Below are positions 1 through 8,604 of a stretch of 64,000 bases of DNA, in pieces. A program made the position numbers and the translations under genes. The stretch spans positions 320,001-384,000 of the forward strand of contig JAVZZH010000001.1 of assembly GCA_038885755.1 (NCBI GenBank), written 5' to 3'. The notes beneath the pieces were generated by a model. It saw only the letters and a program-made list of their open reading frames with translations. It searched no databases and had not been told where the DNA came from. The stretch is from Candidatus Caldarchaeum sp. (GTDB lineage Archaea > Thermoproteota > Nitrososphaeria_A > Caldarchaeales > Caldarchaeaceae). Within the stretch, counting starts at the first letter, position 1. Each line of letters opens with the position of its first letter.

Positions 1-366
1 TCCGGGAAGGTTTCTTTGATTGTTCTATGGCCTTACGTCTTCGTGGAGAAGGAGGCTTGGCTGGTGCCTGTCCTAGTCAAGGCGAACGCCGAGATCGTCG
101 ACAGGCTGCCGTCTGTATGGGTTGACAGGGGAGCTGTTCCCAGAATAGCTTCGGGCGCAGACGTCATGAGGCCCGGAATCACGAGGATGGATGAGTTCAA
201 GCAAGGCGAGCTGGTTGTTGTGAGGGACGACACGCATTCACAGCCTCTTGCTGTCGGCAGTGCATTGATAAACTCATCCGAAGCCGCTGAGGCGTCGAGG
301 GGAAGAGTGGTTAAAAACATCCACCACGTCGACGACGCCGCTTGGAAGCTGGTAAACATAGTTTGA
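1..366 (+). CDS. PUA-domain RNA-binding protein (5'-truncated by window edge)
   Basis: VDRGAVPRIASGADVMRPGI...LAVG...GRVVKNIHHVDD is the archaeal PUA/MCT-1-like signature; the frame is open back to base 1. Confidence 0.85.
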   Translation, partial: SGKVSLIVLWPYVFVEKEAWLVPVLVKANAEIVDRLPSVWVDRGAVPRIASGADVMRPGITRMDEFKQGELVVVRDDTHSQPLAVGSALINSSEAAEASRGRVVKNIHHVDDAAWKLVNIV

Positions 367-410
367 AGTCAGGAAATACATAAATAAAGTCCGCGGCGAT
401 GAGAGGCTGA

Positions 411-1496
411 GTGGGTTTCTTGGTTGACAGGGACAAGGTGCTGAACTCGCTCCGGACAGTCCTCGACCCCGACCTCAAGATGGACGTTGTCTCTCTGGGC
501 ATGATAAAGGACTTGACCATCGACGGCTCGAAAGTTAGTTTCACGCTGGAGCTCACTACGCCCGCATGCCCCTTCAACAAAGAGATTGAAGAAAGCGTTA
601 GGCGAGCTGTTCAAGAGGTTCCGGGTGTCGGCGAGGTGGACATGAAAGTCACGGCTCGTGTATGGTCTGCTAGGCCTTCGGCCGCCGGCTTCAACGAGCT
701 TTCCAAGGTTAAGAACGTGGTAGCGGTCGCGAGCGGCAAAGGCGGGGTGGGAAAGACAACGGTCTCCATAAACCTGGCCTGCAGCCTTGCCCTTGCCGGC
801 GCAAAGGTGGGTCTGGTCGACGCAGACATCTACGGCCCGATGATGCCTAAGATCGTCAAAGTGGTCCAGCCTCCGAAGCTTCTGGGAAAGAACATGGTGG
901 ACCCCGCTAGGATCATGCTGGGGATCAAGGTGATGTCCCTAGGGCTGTTCGTCGACGAAAACACGGCGGTCATCTGGAGAGGGCCCTTGGTGGCAAGCGC
1001 CGTCAAACAACTCCTCACAGAAGCTGCGTGGGGCGAGCTGGACTACCTTGTCGTCGACCTTCCCCCGGGAACAGGAGACGCCTCCCTCACCCTAGCTCAG
1101 ACCATCCCGTTGACGGGCGTCGTGGTTGTGTCTACTCCTCAAGCAGCCGCGGCCGTGATAGCGGCGAAAGCTTTGAGAATGTTCAGGAGGCTCGGCATCC
1201 CCGTCATAGGCGTGGTCGAGAACATGAGCCACTTCGTCTGCCCTTCATGCGGCACAGCCTCCAAGCTTTTCGGTGAGAGCGTTACCGACGTCATGGCTGA
1301 GGAGCTGGAAATACCCGTCCTCGGCCGAATCCCCCTAGTTCCAGACGTCTCCGTCAACTACGACAAAGGACTACCCATAGTTTTGGCTGACCCTTCATCC
1401 CCCGCCGCCAAAGCCTTCAAAGAGTTGGCTGGGACAGTGGCCTCAAAAATAAGCGTCCTAGCCCACCGGAGCGGGGCCAAAGCTGAGGAAGTTTGA
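411..1496 (+). CDS. Mrp/NBP35 (ApbC) Fe-S cluster carrier ATPase with N-terminal DUF59 domain
   Basis: N-terminal DPDL...LTTPACP (DUF59); deviant Walker A SGKGGVGKT; DADIYGP, WRGP, DLPPGTGD, ENMS..CPSC. Confidence 0.93.
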   Translation: MGFLVDRDKVLNSLRTVLDPDLKMDVVSLGMIKDLTIDGSKVSFTLELTTPACPFNKEIEESVRRAVQEVPGVGEVDMKVTARVWSARPSAAGFNELSKVKNVVAVASGKGGVGKTTVSINLACSLALAGAKVGLVDADIYGPMMPKIVKVVQPPKLLGKNMVDPARIMLGIKVMSLGLFVDENTAVIWRGPLVASAVKQLLTEAAWGELDYLVVDLPPGTGDASLTLAQTIPLTGVVVVSTPQAAAAVIAAKALRMFRRLGIPVIGVVENMSHFVCPSCGTASKLFGESVTDVMAEELEIPVLGRIPLVPDVSVNYDKGLPIVLADPSSPAAKAFKELAGTVASKISVLAHRSGAKAEEV

Positions 1497-1672
1497 ATAA
1501 GAAAATCGTTCAAGTCTGTCCAGCCTGCAAAGGCACAAGCATAGACCTACATCTTGGAGGATATCTCGGGAAAGTTTACAAGTGCGGCTCCTGCGGATAC
1601 GTCGGCTCCCTAATCATCGAGATGGAGGCTGACGAGTACGCGGCCATGATGAAGGAGGAGAAATGTCAGTAG
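1493..1672 (+). CDS. Small Zn-ribbon protein (59 aa), not in ORF track
   Basis: TTG overlaps the mrp stop (TTGA); translated by hand as MNKKIVQVCPACKGTSIDLHLGGYLGKVYKCGSCGYVGSLIIEMEADEYAAMMKEEKCQ*, with two CxxC knuckles. Confidence 0.8.
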   Translation: MNKKIVQVCPACKGTSIDLHLGGYLGKVYKCGSCGYVGSLIIEMEADEYAAMMKEEKCQ

Positions 1673-2829
1673 GCTCCCGTCAGGCTTTCGAAGAATTCTC
1701 TGCCGTACGGATACTTGGACGCCAGCTCTTTCCTCACGAGGAACTGCCTCTCGATCACCTTCAGGGCCGATCTCGCCGCCAAGTCAGCCCTCCAAGCCTC
1801 GCCGACGCCGACGAACTGATACCTGTCTGAATTCAGCCTCGCCCGGCAGTGGATTAGCTTGAGGTCTCCGTGCTTCTCCTTGTGCTCCTTAAAGTAGAGG
1901 CTTAGGACTCCGTGGCCGAGTGTTTTCCGAAACCTCTGCACGAATTTCTCGGCTACTTCGAGCACGCTCTCCTTGACGTCCATGTCTACTCTTTCCAGCT
2001 TGTAGCTCACCTCTATCGAGACAGTCCTCCCCTCACCCTCCTGCCTAGCCACCAACGGCTCCAAAGCATCCATCAACGTGAATATACCCACAACCCTGTT
2101 CATCTCAGTCGCCACAAGGCATGACAAGCCGTGGGTCTTCATCCGCTCCACAGCAGAGAGTATTTTCTCCCTCGGATGAGTTGTTATCACGTTCCGTGTC
2201 ATGATGCTCCTGACTGGGTTGCTCAACGTCCTAACTCTTTCGCCGACGAAGTCCCCCCAAGACGCCTTCATCCGGGGTTTTATCACTTTCTCAGCTATGT
2301 CAGATACGGTCACGATGCCGACCAGCCTGCCGCCTTCAACGACAGGCAGACGCGAAACACCCTCATCCCGCATGAGCGAGATGGCCTTGCCTATCGTGTC
2401 GTTCGAGCCGATTGTAATGACGTCCTTGGTCATTACCTGCCCTACCTCAACCTTGCCGAGAGAGTTCTGCGAGTTGAGTATGACGTCAGTTGCCGCAACA
2501 AGCCCAACAGGCCTGCCTCCAGAAGTCACGGGAATGCCTTTGAGGTTCTTCTCAAGCATCTGAGAAGCCACCTTCTCGAGGCTGTCTGAAGGTAGTATCC
2601 TCGGAGTTTTGACAGCCAGCGTCTTGGCTAGAACCGTGGACGGGTTGAGGTTCGGCTTCAGGATGGACCTCTTCGTCACTATTCCCAGCAGCTTGTTGTC
2701 AAGCTGCTCCTGCACCACGACCACGTCGGCTCTTCTCTCCATGAAAAACCCGATTACCTTGGTCAGCGGGTCGTTTTCATAGACCGACGGAAACTCGGTC
2801 ATCATAACGTCAGAAGCCTTCATCTGCAT
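1666..2829 (-). CDS. 4xCBS-domain protein with C-terminal HPF/RaiA-like domain (candidate ribosome hibernation factor)
   Basis: Four CBS repeats (e.g. VMTKDVITI...GVSRLPVVEGGRLVGIVTVSDI), then a ~100-aa beta-alpha-beta-beta-beta-alpha-like tail ending ADLAARSALKVIERQF. Confidence 0.8.
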   Translation of the reverse strand: MQMKASDVMMTEFPSVYENDPLTKVIGFFMERRADVVVVQEQLDNKLLGIVTKRSILKPNLNPSTVLAKTLAVKTPRILPSDSLEKVASQMLEKNLKGIPVTSGGRPVGLVAATDVILNSQNSLGKVEVGQVMTKDVITIGSNDTIGKAISLMRDEGVSRLPVVEGGRLVGIVTVSDIAEKVIKPRMKASWGDFVGERVRTLSNPVRSIMTRNVITTHPREKILSAVERMKTHGLSCLVATEMNRVVGIFTLMDALEPLVARQEGEGRTVSIEVSYKLERVDMDVKESVLEVAEKFVQRFRKTLGHGVLSLYFKEHKEKHGDLKLIHCRARLNSDRYQFVGVGEAWRADLAARSALKVIERQFLVRKELASKYPYGREFFESLTGAY

Positions 2830-2937
2830 CCTAGCATCAACAGATACTCTATTTAAGCGTCGAGTTTTAAGGTTGAAAAAGGCTCTATGTAGGTAATCAA
2901 CACCTATTAAAAACCAATAATTCTCATACCGGCTGGA

Positions 2938-3576
2938 ATGAGGCTTACAACCATAACTTCAGGCGCCTCGATGGCCGCGCTCGCCCTCGTCCTAGCAGTG
3001 CTCCCGTTAAGCTTCCCGTTCCCGCCGGTTCCATACTTAAGGTTCGACCCAGCGGAGATACCTGTCTTCACCGCCTTGCTCGGGTTCGGCCCAGCATCAG
3101 GGTTCTTGGCTGCTGTGATATACTACATCGCTCTGCTCGCTGTCGGCGAGTTCACTCCAGTAGGCCCAACGCTGAAGTTTCTGGCCGTGTTTTCGTCGCT
3201 GATGGGTTTCTGGGCTGGCTCGAGGCTGACGTCGGGGGGGAGCTTCAGAACCATGGTTGGAGGAGGAGCGGTTGTGGGAACCGTCGTGAGAGTGATGACC
3301 CTCACCGCCGCCAACTACGTCGTTCTCGTGATGATGTTCCCCGAATTCCTGAACTTCGCAACGATGACGCTCTCCGCCTTCCTAGGCATAAGCCTCGCGG
3401 CAGACCTACAAAGCCTCTTCCTAGTCCTGTTCTTCACAGCGGTCTACAACATCATCCATATGGTTTTCAGCCTACTCCCCTCCATCATAATCCTCAACTC
3501 CATCCACCGAGCCAAAGCCTTAGAACACGTCTGGACCCCCTGGGTCATTAAAACATCAAAACCCAAAACAAGATGA
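2938..3576 (+). CDS. ECF transporter S component (RibU-like)
   Basis: Hydrophobic; AxxxA at N-terminus and FPFPPVPYLRFDPAEIP..LLGFGP motif. Confidence 0.8.
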   Translation: MRLTTITSGASMAALALVLAVLPLSFPFPPVPYLRFDPAEIPVFTALLGFGPASGFLAAVIYYIALLAVGEFTPVGPTLKFLAVFSSLMGFWAGSRLTSGGSFRTMVGGGAVVGTVVRVMTLTAANYVVLVMMFPEFLNFATMTLSAFLGISLAADLQSLFLVLFFTAVYNIIHMVFSLLPSIIILNSIHRAKALEHVWTPWVIKTSKPKTR

Positions 3577-3651
3577 AGCCCTGGGAGGGCTTTGAACCCT
3601 CGACCTGCCGCTTACAAGGCGGCCGCTCTAACCGGGCTGAGCTACCAGGGC
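3577..3651 (-). tRNA. tRNA-Thr(UGU), no intron, CCA not encoded
   Basis: Reverse strand reads GCCCTGG-TA-GCTC..GAGC-G-GCCGC CTTGTAA GCGGC-AGGTC-GAGGG TTCAAAG CCCTC-CCAGGGC-T. Confidence 0.95.
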
Positions 3652-3682
3652 TTTCGGTGTAGATTTGGTTACGGTCTGTTTT

Positions 3683-3946
3683 TTAGTTTATGTATCCTGT
3701 CTGCTTGAGGAACTCGAGGAGTTTTTCGACGCTGGGGTTTTCTCTGTTAAGCGAGTATTTGACGGGTTTGTAGGGGTGTTTGTATGCCCAGCCGTGCTTG
3801 GTGAGGAGCTTTAGGGCTCTTTCCAAGGTTCTATGGTTTACACCGCATATCTTGAGTAGAGTGTATTTGGTGGATGGAGTCTCTGCCTCGGCGAGTGCTT
3901 TGACGACTCTTATGTGGAGATAAGTCTGGAACAACTCCTCAACCAC
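3683..3946 (-). CDS. Small winged-helix DNA-binding protein
   Basis: TKYTLLKICGVNHRTLERALKLLTKHGW..YSLN wHTH pattern; directly downstream of cdc6. Confidence 0.7.
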   Translation of the reverse strand: MVEELFQTYLHIRVVKALAEAETPSTKYTLLKICGVNHRTLERALKLLTKHGWAYKHPYKPVKYSLNRENPSVEKLLEFLKQTGYIN

Positions 3947-3956
3947 GTGCTCCGGC

Positions 3957-5096
3957 CTAGCCGTGTCTCCTCACCAACTCCTTCTCGAGAAACTCGGCCA
4001 AGCGACGGGCGTCCACTCCGGCCAGCCCAACCCGGCTACCGCCCCTCAACTCCACCAAACCCTTGACGCTCAGACTCTTCAAACACGCCTGCAAATCTCT
4101 GACGTAGACACCGAACATCTCCCTCACAGCTCCGTAAGCCTTCCCAACGTCCTCAACACCCGCGTAGACACGGCGCGTGCTGGTCAGGCTCTTAGCGACT
4201 GACAGCAGAACAGCCTTCTCCTCAGAGCTCAGCGACTCCAAGTCCTCAGACCGTAGACCAAACCCAAGCTCAGCCACCACGTACCTGATTTCGTCTATCT
4301 CTATTCTGCTGCTTCCACGGGATTCAGCCAGATTGCCTGCAAACAGCAGCAGGTCGAGGGCGTACCTGACGTCGCCGAGAAGCGGCGGGCTGGTGGCCAA
4401 GTCGGCCACGTAATCCAAAACCTCGTCGGAGACAGCTCCTTTCCTGAACGCTTCCGCGACCCTGTCCTCCAGTATGTCCCTCATCTGGAGCTTGGTGTAG
4501 GGCTCGAGCCTGACTACGCTGGCGCCCAACGAGCTAGCCTCAGGCCTCTCCAGCAACCTCTCGAACGAAGGGTCTCGAGCTATGAAGACGACTCCGGCAA
4601 CGTTAAGCGGCCTGACCGACGTAGCTTCATGAAGCCTTGTAAAGTCGTACAAAACCGTCTCCCTCCCCCTGTTCTGCACGACATGGTAGTCAGCTTCGTC
4701 GAAGGTTATCAGCAGCTTCCTAGTAGACTTGCGTAGAAAAGTCAACAGGTTGTCGAGCAGCTCCTCGGCTGAAAGCGACTGGCTGAACAATTCCTCGGCA
4801 ACAGCCTTCACTAAGTATCTGTAGACTCCTACGCGGCCCCCTGAGAATCTCCTGAGGTTAACGTAGACGTGGACGAGCTGTCTGTAGGCGGACTCAAGCT
4901 CAGCTCCAACCTTGAGGCATAGCGTTGTCTTCCCGGCACCCACGCCGCCCACAACCTTAACTCTGGCGACGCCCGCCTGCGACTCCACAGCAGGCCTCAG
5001 GATCGTCAGCAGAAGGTTTCTCTCGGTCTCGCGGTGGAGAAGCCTCTTGGGAAGGTAGGCCGGCGAGAGCTTCTCTCTGTCTAGGAACACTGACAT
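3957..5096 (-). CDS. cdc6: Cdc6/Orc1 family AAA+ replication initiator
   Basis: LSPAYLPKRLLHRE, Walker A GGVGAGKT, Walker B ITFDEAD, PYT..Q..DIL..R, GDVRYALDLL, C-terminal wH domain. Confidence 0.9.
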   Translation of the reverse strand: MSVFLDREKLSPAYLPKRLLHRETERNLLLTILRPAVESQAGVARVKVVGGVGAGKTTLCLKVGAELESAYRQLVHVYVNLRRFSGGRVGVYRYLVKAVAEELFSQSLSAEELLDNLLTFLRKSTRKLLITFDEADYHVVQNRGRETVLYDFTRLHEATSVRPLNVAGVVFIARDPSFERLLERPEASSLGASVVRLEPYTKLQMRDILEDRVAEAFRKGAVSDEVLDYVADLATSPPLLGDVRYALDLLLFAGNLAESRGSSRIEIDEIRYVVAELGFGLRSEDLESLSSEEKAVLLSVAKSLTSTRRVYAGVEDVGKAYGAVREMFGVYVRDLQACLKSLSVKGLVELRGGSRVGLAGVDARRLAEFLEKELVRRHG

Positions 5097-5130
5097 CCGG
5101 TTGAAAAAGCAGTGGGGAGGCTTTATTGTT

Positions 5131-5397
5131 TTACCTCAGCCCGGCCAGCTTGAGCGCTTGGTCTCTGGGGATGGCTGTGAGGGTTTCTGTGGACAGGTAG
5201 TCGGCGAACTGGAGGATGAACTTCATGTATGTCTCGGCGTCGGGCGCCTCGGCTATGAGCACGCCGTCGTAGGCTCCGAAAGTCCAGAGCATCTCACGAA
5301 CCTTGACCGATGGGTTATCCTTTATTATCCTGTCCGTCCTGTCGACATCCTCCCTGCCCAGCTTTTTCCTGAACTTTATCAAAGAAACGAAGTGCAT
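5131..5397 (-). CDS. GYD-domain protein
   Basis: WTFGAYDGVLIAEAPD...TETLTA. Confidence 0.85.
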   Translation of the reverse strand: MHFVSLIKFRKKLGREDVDRTDRIIKDNPSVKVREMLWTFGAYDGVLIAEAPDAETYMKFILQFADYLSTETLTAIPRDQALKLAGLR

Positions 5398-5471
5398 GGA
5401 ATTAGGGCTGTTTGCCGGTAAATATGTGTTTTGCCGAAAACCTTGATACCGGGCCTAGCAGTCGACTTGAC

Positions 5472-5738
5472 ATGCCCTACATACCCGCGCAGGAGAGGGA
5501 GGAGCTGGACGTCGAGATAGACGCCCTAGCCCGGAAGCTGCTGAAGACGCCGCCTGAAAAAATGGACGGGAAGCTCAACTACGTCATCACGAGGCTTCTG
5601 GCCCAGCTTTACCAGCCCGGCTACTACAACTACAACAGGGCGTTGGGCGTGTTGACGGCGGTGGCTCAAGAGTTCTACAGGAGGCGTGTGGCGCCCTACG
5701 AGGACGCGAAGATTAGGGAGAACGGCGACGTCTACTAA
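5472..5738 (+). CDS. Conserved hypothetical protein (DUF6899-like)
   Basis: MPYI...GKLNYVITRL...GVL....EFYRRRVAPYEDAKIRENGDVY; start placed at ATG 5472 from the family's MPYI N-terminus. Confidence 0.7.
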   Translation: MPYIPAQEREELDVEIDALARKLLKTPPEKMDGKLNYVITRLLAQLYQPGYYNYNRALGVLTAVAQEFYRRRVAPYEDAKIRENGDVY

Positions 5739-5758
5739 CATTTAAATCCGCAGCGGAG

Positions 5759-6757
5759 ATGGCTGAATCGATGACGCAGAGCCAGCTGCTCACGGGCGAA
5801 AAGCTGCTGAAGATGTTCAGGAAGATGGTTGAAATCAGGTTGTTCGAGGAGAGGGTTGAGAAGCTCTACAGGGAGGGTAAGATAACGGGCCCGACGCATC
5901 TCTACTTGGGGCAGGAGGCTGTGGCTGTCGGCGTCGTCGAGGCCCTCGACCGCAACGACATCATCATCTCGACTTACAGAGGACATGGACACGGCTTGGC
6001 TCGGGGAGTGTCGATGGAAGCTGTGCTGGGCGAGATCCTCGGCAGGGCTGTCGGAACCTGTAAAGGGCTGGGCGGGTCGATGCACGCCCCCATCTCCACG
6101 GAGCATAGAATACCTCTGGCGACGGCCATCGTCGGAAGCGGCTTACCGATAGCGGTCGGCGCAGCGCTCGGCTTCAAGCATCGTGGCGAGAAGAACCTAG
6201 CCGCAGTCTTCTTCGGAGACGGGGCGGTCAACACCGGAGCCTTCCACGAAGCACTCAACCTAGCATCGGTCTGGCGCCTCCCAGTAATGTTCGTCTGCGA
6301 GAACAACCTTTACGCCATGACCACAGCCCTGTCGAGAACCTTCGCAGGTGAAAGCATAGCGGCTCGAGCCTCGTCCTACGGAATAAAGACCTATGTTGTC
6401 AACGGAAACGACGTCGTCGAGGTTTACGAAAAGGCTTCGGACGCCGCCTCCCGCGTGAGGGCTGGAGAGGGGCCTGCATTCCTTGAATGCAGGACGTACA
6501 GGCAGAAGGGGCATGGAGGATACGACCTAGGGACGTGGTACAGGCCTAAGGAGGAGATCGATGAATGGCTCGCCAGAGACCCGGTGGAGCTTTTGTTCAG
6601 CAGGCTCAAGGCTGGAGGATTGTTGGACGAAGATGGTCGGAGAGCCGTTGAGGAGGAGGTTCTAAAAGCATTGGACGCCGTCGTCGAGAAAACCCTCAAC
6701 TCGCCCGTGGCCGACTTTAGCGTCTTGGAGGGCCTGGTCTACGCGTCGAAGGTGTAG
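5759..6757 (+). CDS. TPP-dependent 2-oxoacid/acetoin dehydrogenase E1 alpha subunit
   Basis: HLYLGQEA, YRGHGH, GGSMH, TPP motif GDGA...ENN, TYRQKGH. Confidence 0.93.
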   Translation: MAESMTQSQLLTGEKLLKMFRKMVEIRLFEERVEKLYREGKITGPTHLYLGQEAVAVGVVEALDRNDIIISTYRGHGHGLARGVSMEAVLGEILGRAVGTCKGLGGSMHAPISTEHRIPLATAIVGSGLPIAVGAALGFKHRGEKNLAAVFFGDGAVNTGAFHEALNLASVWRLPVMFVCENNLYAMTTALSRTFAGESIAARASSYGIKTYVVNGNDVVEVYEKASDAASRVRAGEGPAFLECRTYRQKGHGGYDLGTWYRPKEEIDEWLARDPVELLFSRLKAGGLLDEDGRRAVEEEVLKALDAVVEKTLNSPVADFSVLEGLVYASKV

Positions 6758-6761
6758 CGCC

Positions 6762-7760
6762 GTGGGGTTGAGGGAGCTAACCTACGTCGAGGCTCTGAAC
6801 GAAGCCCTCAGGGAGGAGATGAGGAGGGATAGTTCAGTGATAGTCTTTGGCGAGGAGGTGGCGCTGGCTGGAGGCGTTTACAAGGTGACGAAAGACCTTC
6901 TCAAGGAGTTCGGGCCGGGCAGAGTCATGGATACTCCTATATCGGAGATAGCTATCGTGGGGGCGGCTATAGGAGCTGCCCTGAACGGCTTGAGACCAGT
7001 CGCCGAGCTGATGTTCTTCGACTTCGCCGGCATAGCTTTCGACCAGATCGTCACGCATGCGTCGAAGATAAGGTTCATGAGCGGAGGCCAGGTCAAGCTA
7101 CCCCTCGTCATCAGGACGCAGTACAGCCTGGGCCGGTCTTACGGAAGCCAGCACACCCAGTTTCTAGCTGCTTGCTTCATGCAGGCCCCCGGGCTCAAGA
7201 TAGTCCTCCCTGCAACGCCTTACGACGCCAAGGGATTGCTGAAGTCAGCCATCAGAGACGACGACCCAGTCCTTTTCATAGAGTCGGGGGCCCTCTATTT
7301 CAACAAGAGCTACTACGGCTACAAAGGACCTGTCCCGGAGGAGGAGTACCTAGTTCCTGTCGGCAAGGCCGACGTCAAGGTTGAGGGGGATGACGCCACT
7401 GTGGTCGCCCTTTCCCGAACGGTCTCCGAAGCTGTGGCGGCTGCCAAGAAGCTCAACGAAATGGGGTTAAAGCCTGAGGTCGTCGACCTCAGAACCATCC
7501 AGCCGATGGACTATGATACTGTGGTAAGGTCGGTGAGGAAGACCAACAGGCTTGTGATCGCCGAGGACAGCGTCAAGACGGGCGGCGTATCAGCCGAGGT
7601 GGCTGCCTACGTCTGTGAGCATGCTTTCGAAGCCCTCGAGCACCCCGTCGTACGCCTGAACTCGCCGCCCATGCCGGCACCCCAGTCTCAGCCGCTGGAG
7701 AAGCAGTACATGGTTTCAGCCGACATGATCGTCGAGGCTGTGAAAAGGCTCTGCGTCTAG
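6762..7760 (+). CDS. 2-oxoacid/acetoin dehydrogenase E1 beta subunit
   Basis: DTPISE, GLRPVAELMFFDF, PGLKIVLPATPYDAKGLL, DLRTIQPMD. Confidence 0.93.
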   Translation: MGLRELTYVEALNEALREEMRRDSSVIVFGEEVALAGGVYKVTKDLLKEFGPGRVMDTPISEIAIVGAAIGAALNGLRPVAELMFFDFAGIAFDQIVTHASKIRFMSGGQVKLPLVIRTQYSLGRSYGSQHTQFLAACFMQAPGLKIVLPATPYDAKGLLKSAIRDDDPVLFIESGALYFNKSYYGYKGPVPEEEYLVPVGKADVKVEGDDATVVALSRTVSEAVAAAKKLNEMGLKPEVVDLRTIQPMDYDTVVRSVRKTNRLVIAEDSVKTGGVSAEVAAYVCEHAFEALEHPVVRLNSPPMPAPQSQPLEKQYMVSADMIVEAVKRLCV

Positions 7761-8002
7761 GACGTCTCGATCTCGGCTATGGCCTCGCCGACGCTTACCT
7801 CTTCTCCGACGCCGTGGAGGATTTTCACCACCCGTCCGTTCACCTCTGAGGGAACCTCAACCGCCGCCTTCTCCGTCTCGACGACAACAACAACCTCTCC
7901 CTTCCTGACGTAGTCGCCCTCCTTCTTCAGCCACTCCGCTATCTTACCCGACTCCATCGCCACGTCTATCCTTGGAAGCACGAGCCTGTAGACGCCCGGC
8001 AT
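7757..8002 (-). CDS. Stand-alone lipoyl (biotin/lipoyl attachment) domain protein
   Basis: MESGKIAEWLKKEGDYVRKGEVVVVVETEKAAVEVPS, an E2-type lipoyl domain with Lys intact; start placed at ATG 8002. Confidence 0.88.
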   Translation of the reverse strand: MPGVYRLVLPRIDVAMESGKIAEWLKKEGDYVRKGEVVVVVETEKAAVEVPSEVNGRVVKILHGVGEEVSVGEAIAEIETS

Positions 8003-8116
8003 GGTTCTTCGCCTTGTTTTTAAATCCGCCTGCTTATAAACCGGTATCACTTATTTAGGCTTAACCAAGCTACCGTCATATACCCGCCAGATGGATGAGT
8101 ACCCGGGTGAGTTGAA

Positions 8117-8224
8117 ATGGTCAGCCTGGATACTTTGATAAGCCTTCTCATCCTCGCGGTCCTTTCCTACGAGACTTGGTTGATGCATAAGATTTACAGG
8201 AGCGAGAACGGCAACAAGACTTAG
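8117..8224 (+). CDS. Putative small single-TM protein (35 aa), not in ORF track
   Basis: MVSLDTLISLLILAVLSYETWLMHKIYRSENGNKT*; GGGTGA SD-like motif upstream; stop overlaps the stop of the convergent gene. Confidence 0.5.
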   Translation: MVSLDTLISLLILAVLSYETWLMHKIYRSENGNKT

Positions 8225-8544
8225 AGGATTAGGCAGCGTCTTCCGTCGAATTCAATCCGGTCGAAGAACGTGATTATCCAGCCCCTGTCCACCTCCTCTC
8301 CACCATCCCTCTTCTGAAACCCTATGAAGCCGAAGCTCTTAGCCTCAACCACTAACTCCAAGGCGATGAACTCCTCCTCCAGCACGAACCGGTTCCCTTC
8401 AATCCTGCCCACGCCCACAACCCAGCCCGGGCTGTCGTCGCCAAACTTCCTCCAATAGTTGATCCTAGCCACCTTCCTCCTCGACTCAGCCAGCCTCGAC
8501 GCCTCCTCAGGCATCAACGTGTTGTCGAAGACGTACGTCGGCAT
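8221..8544 (-). CDS. Hypothetical protein
   Basis: 107-aa ORF filling the gap, with typical codon usage; no motif recognised. Confidence 0.65.
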   Translation of the reverse strand: MPTYVFDNTLMPEEASRLAESRRKVARINYWRKFGDDSPGWVVGVGRIEGNRFVLEEEFIALELVVEAKSFGFIGFQKRDGGEEVDRGWIITFFDRIEFDGRRCLIL

Positions 8545-8604
8545 CCATCGATGGCTCTCTCGCCTGTTTTTAAAGTAATAACCAACCTTGATTCAGTACG
8601 TGTT

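Noticed and set aside
399-410. TGA read-through (selenocysteine) extending Mrp from ATG 399
   Set aside because: It would add only 4 residues outside any catalytic motif, and no SECIS is evident
5097-5130. Replication origin upstream of cdc6
   Set aside because: The spacer is only ~34 bp with no repeated ORB or AT-rich unwinding element
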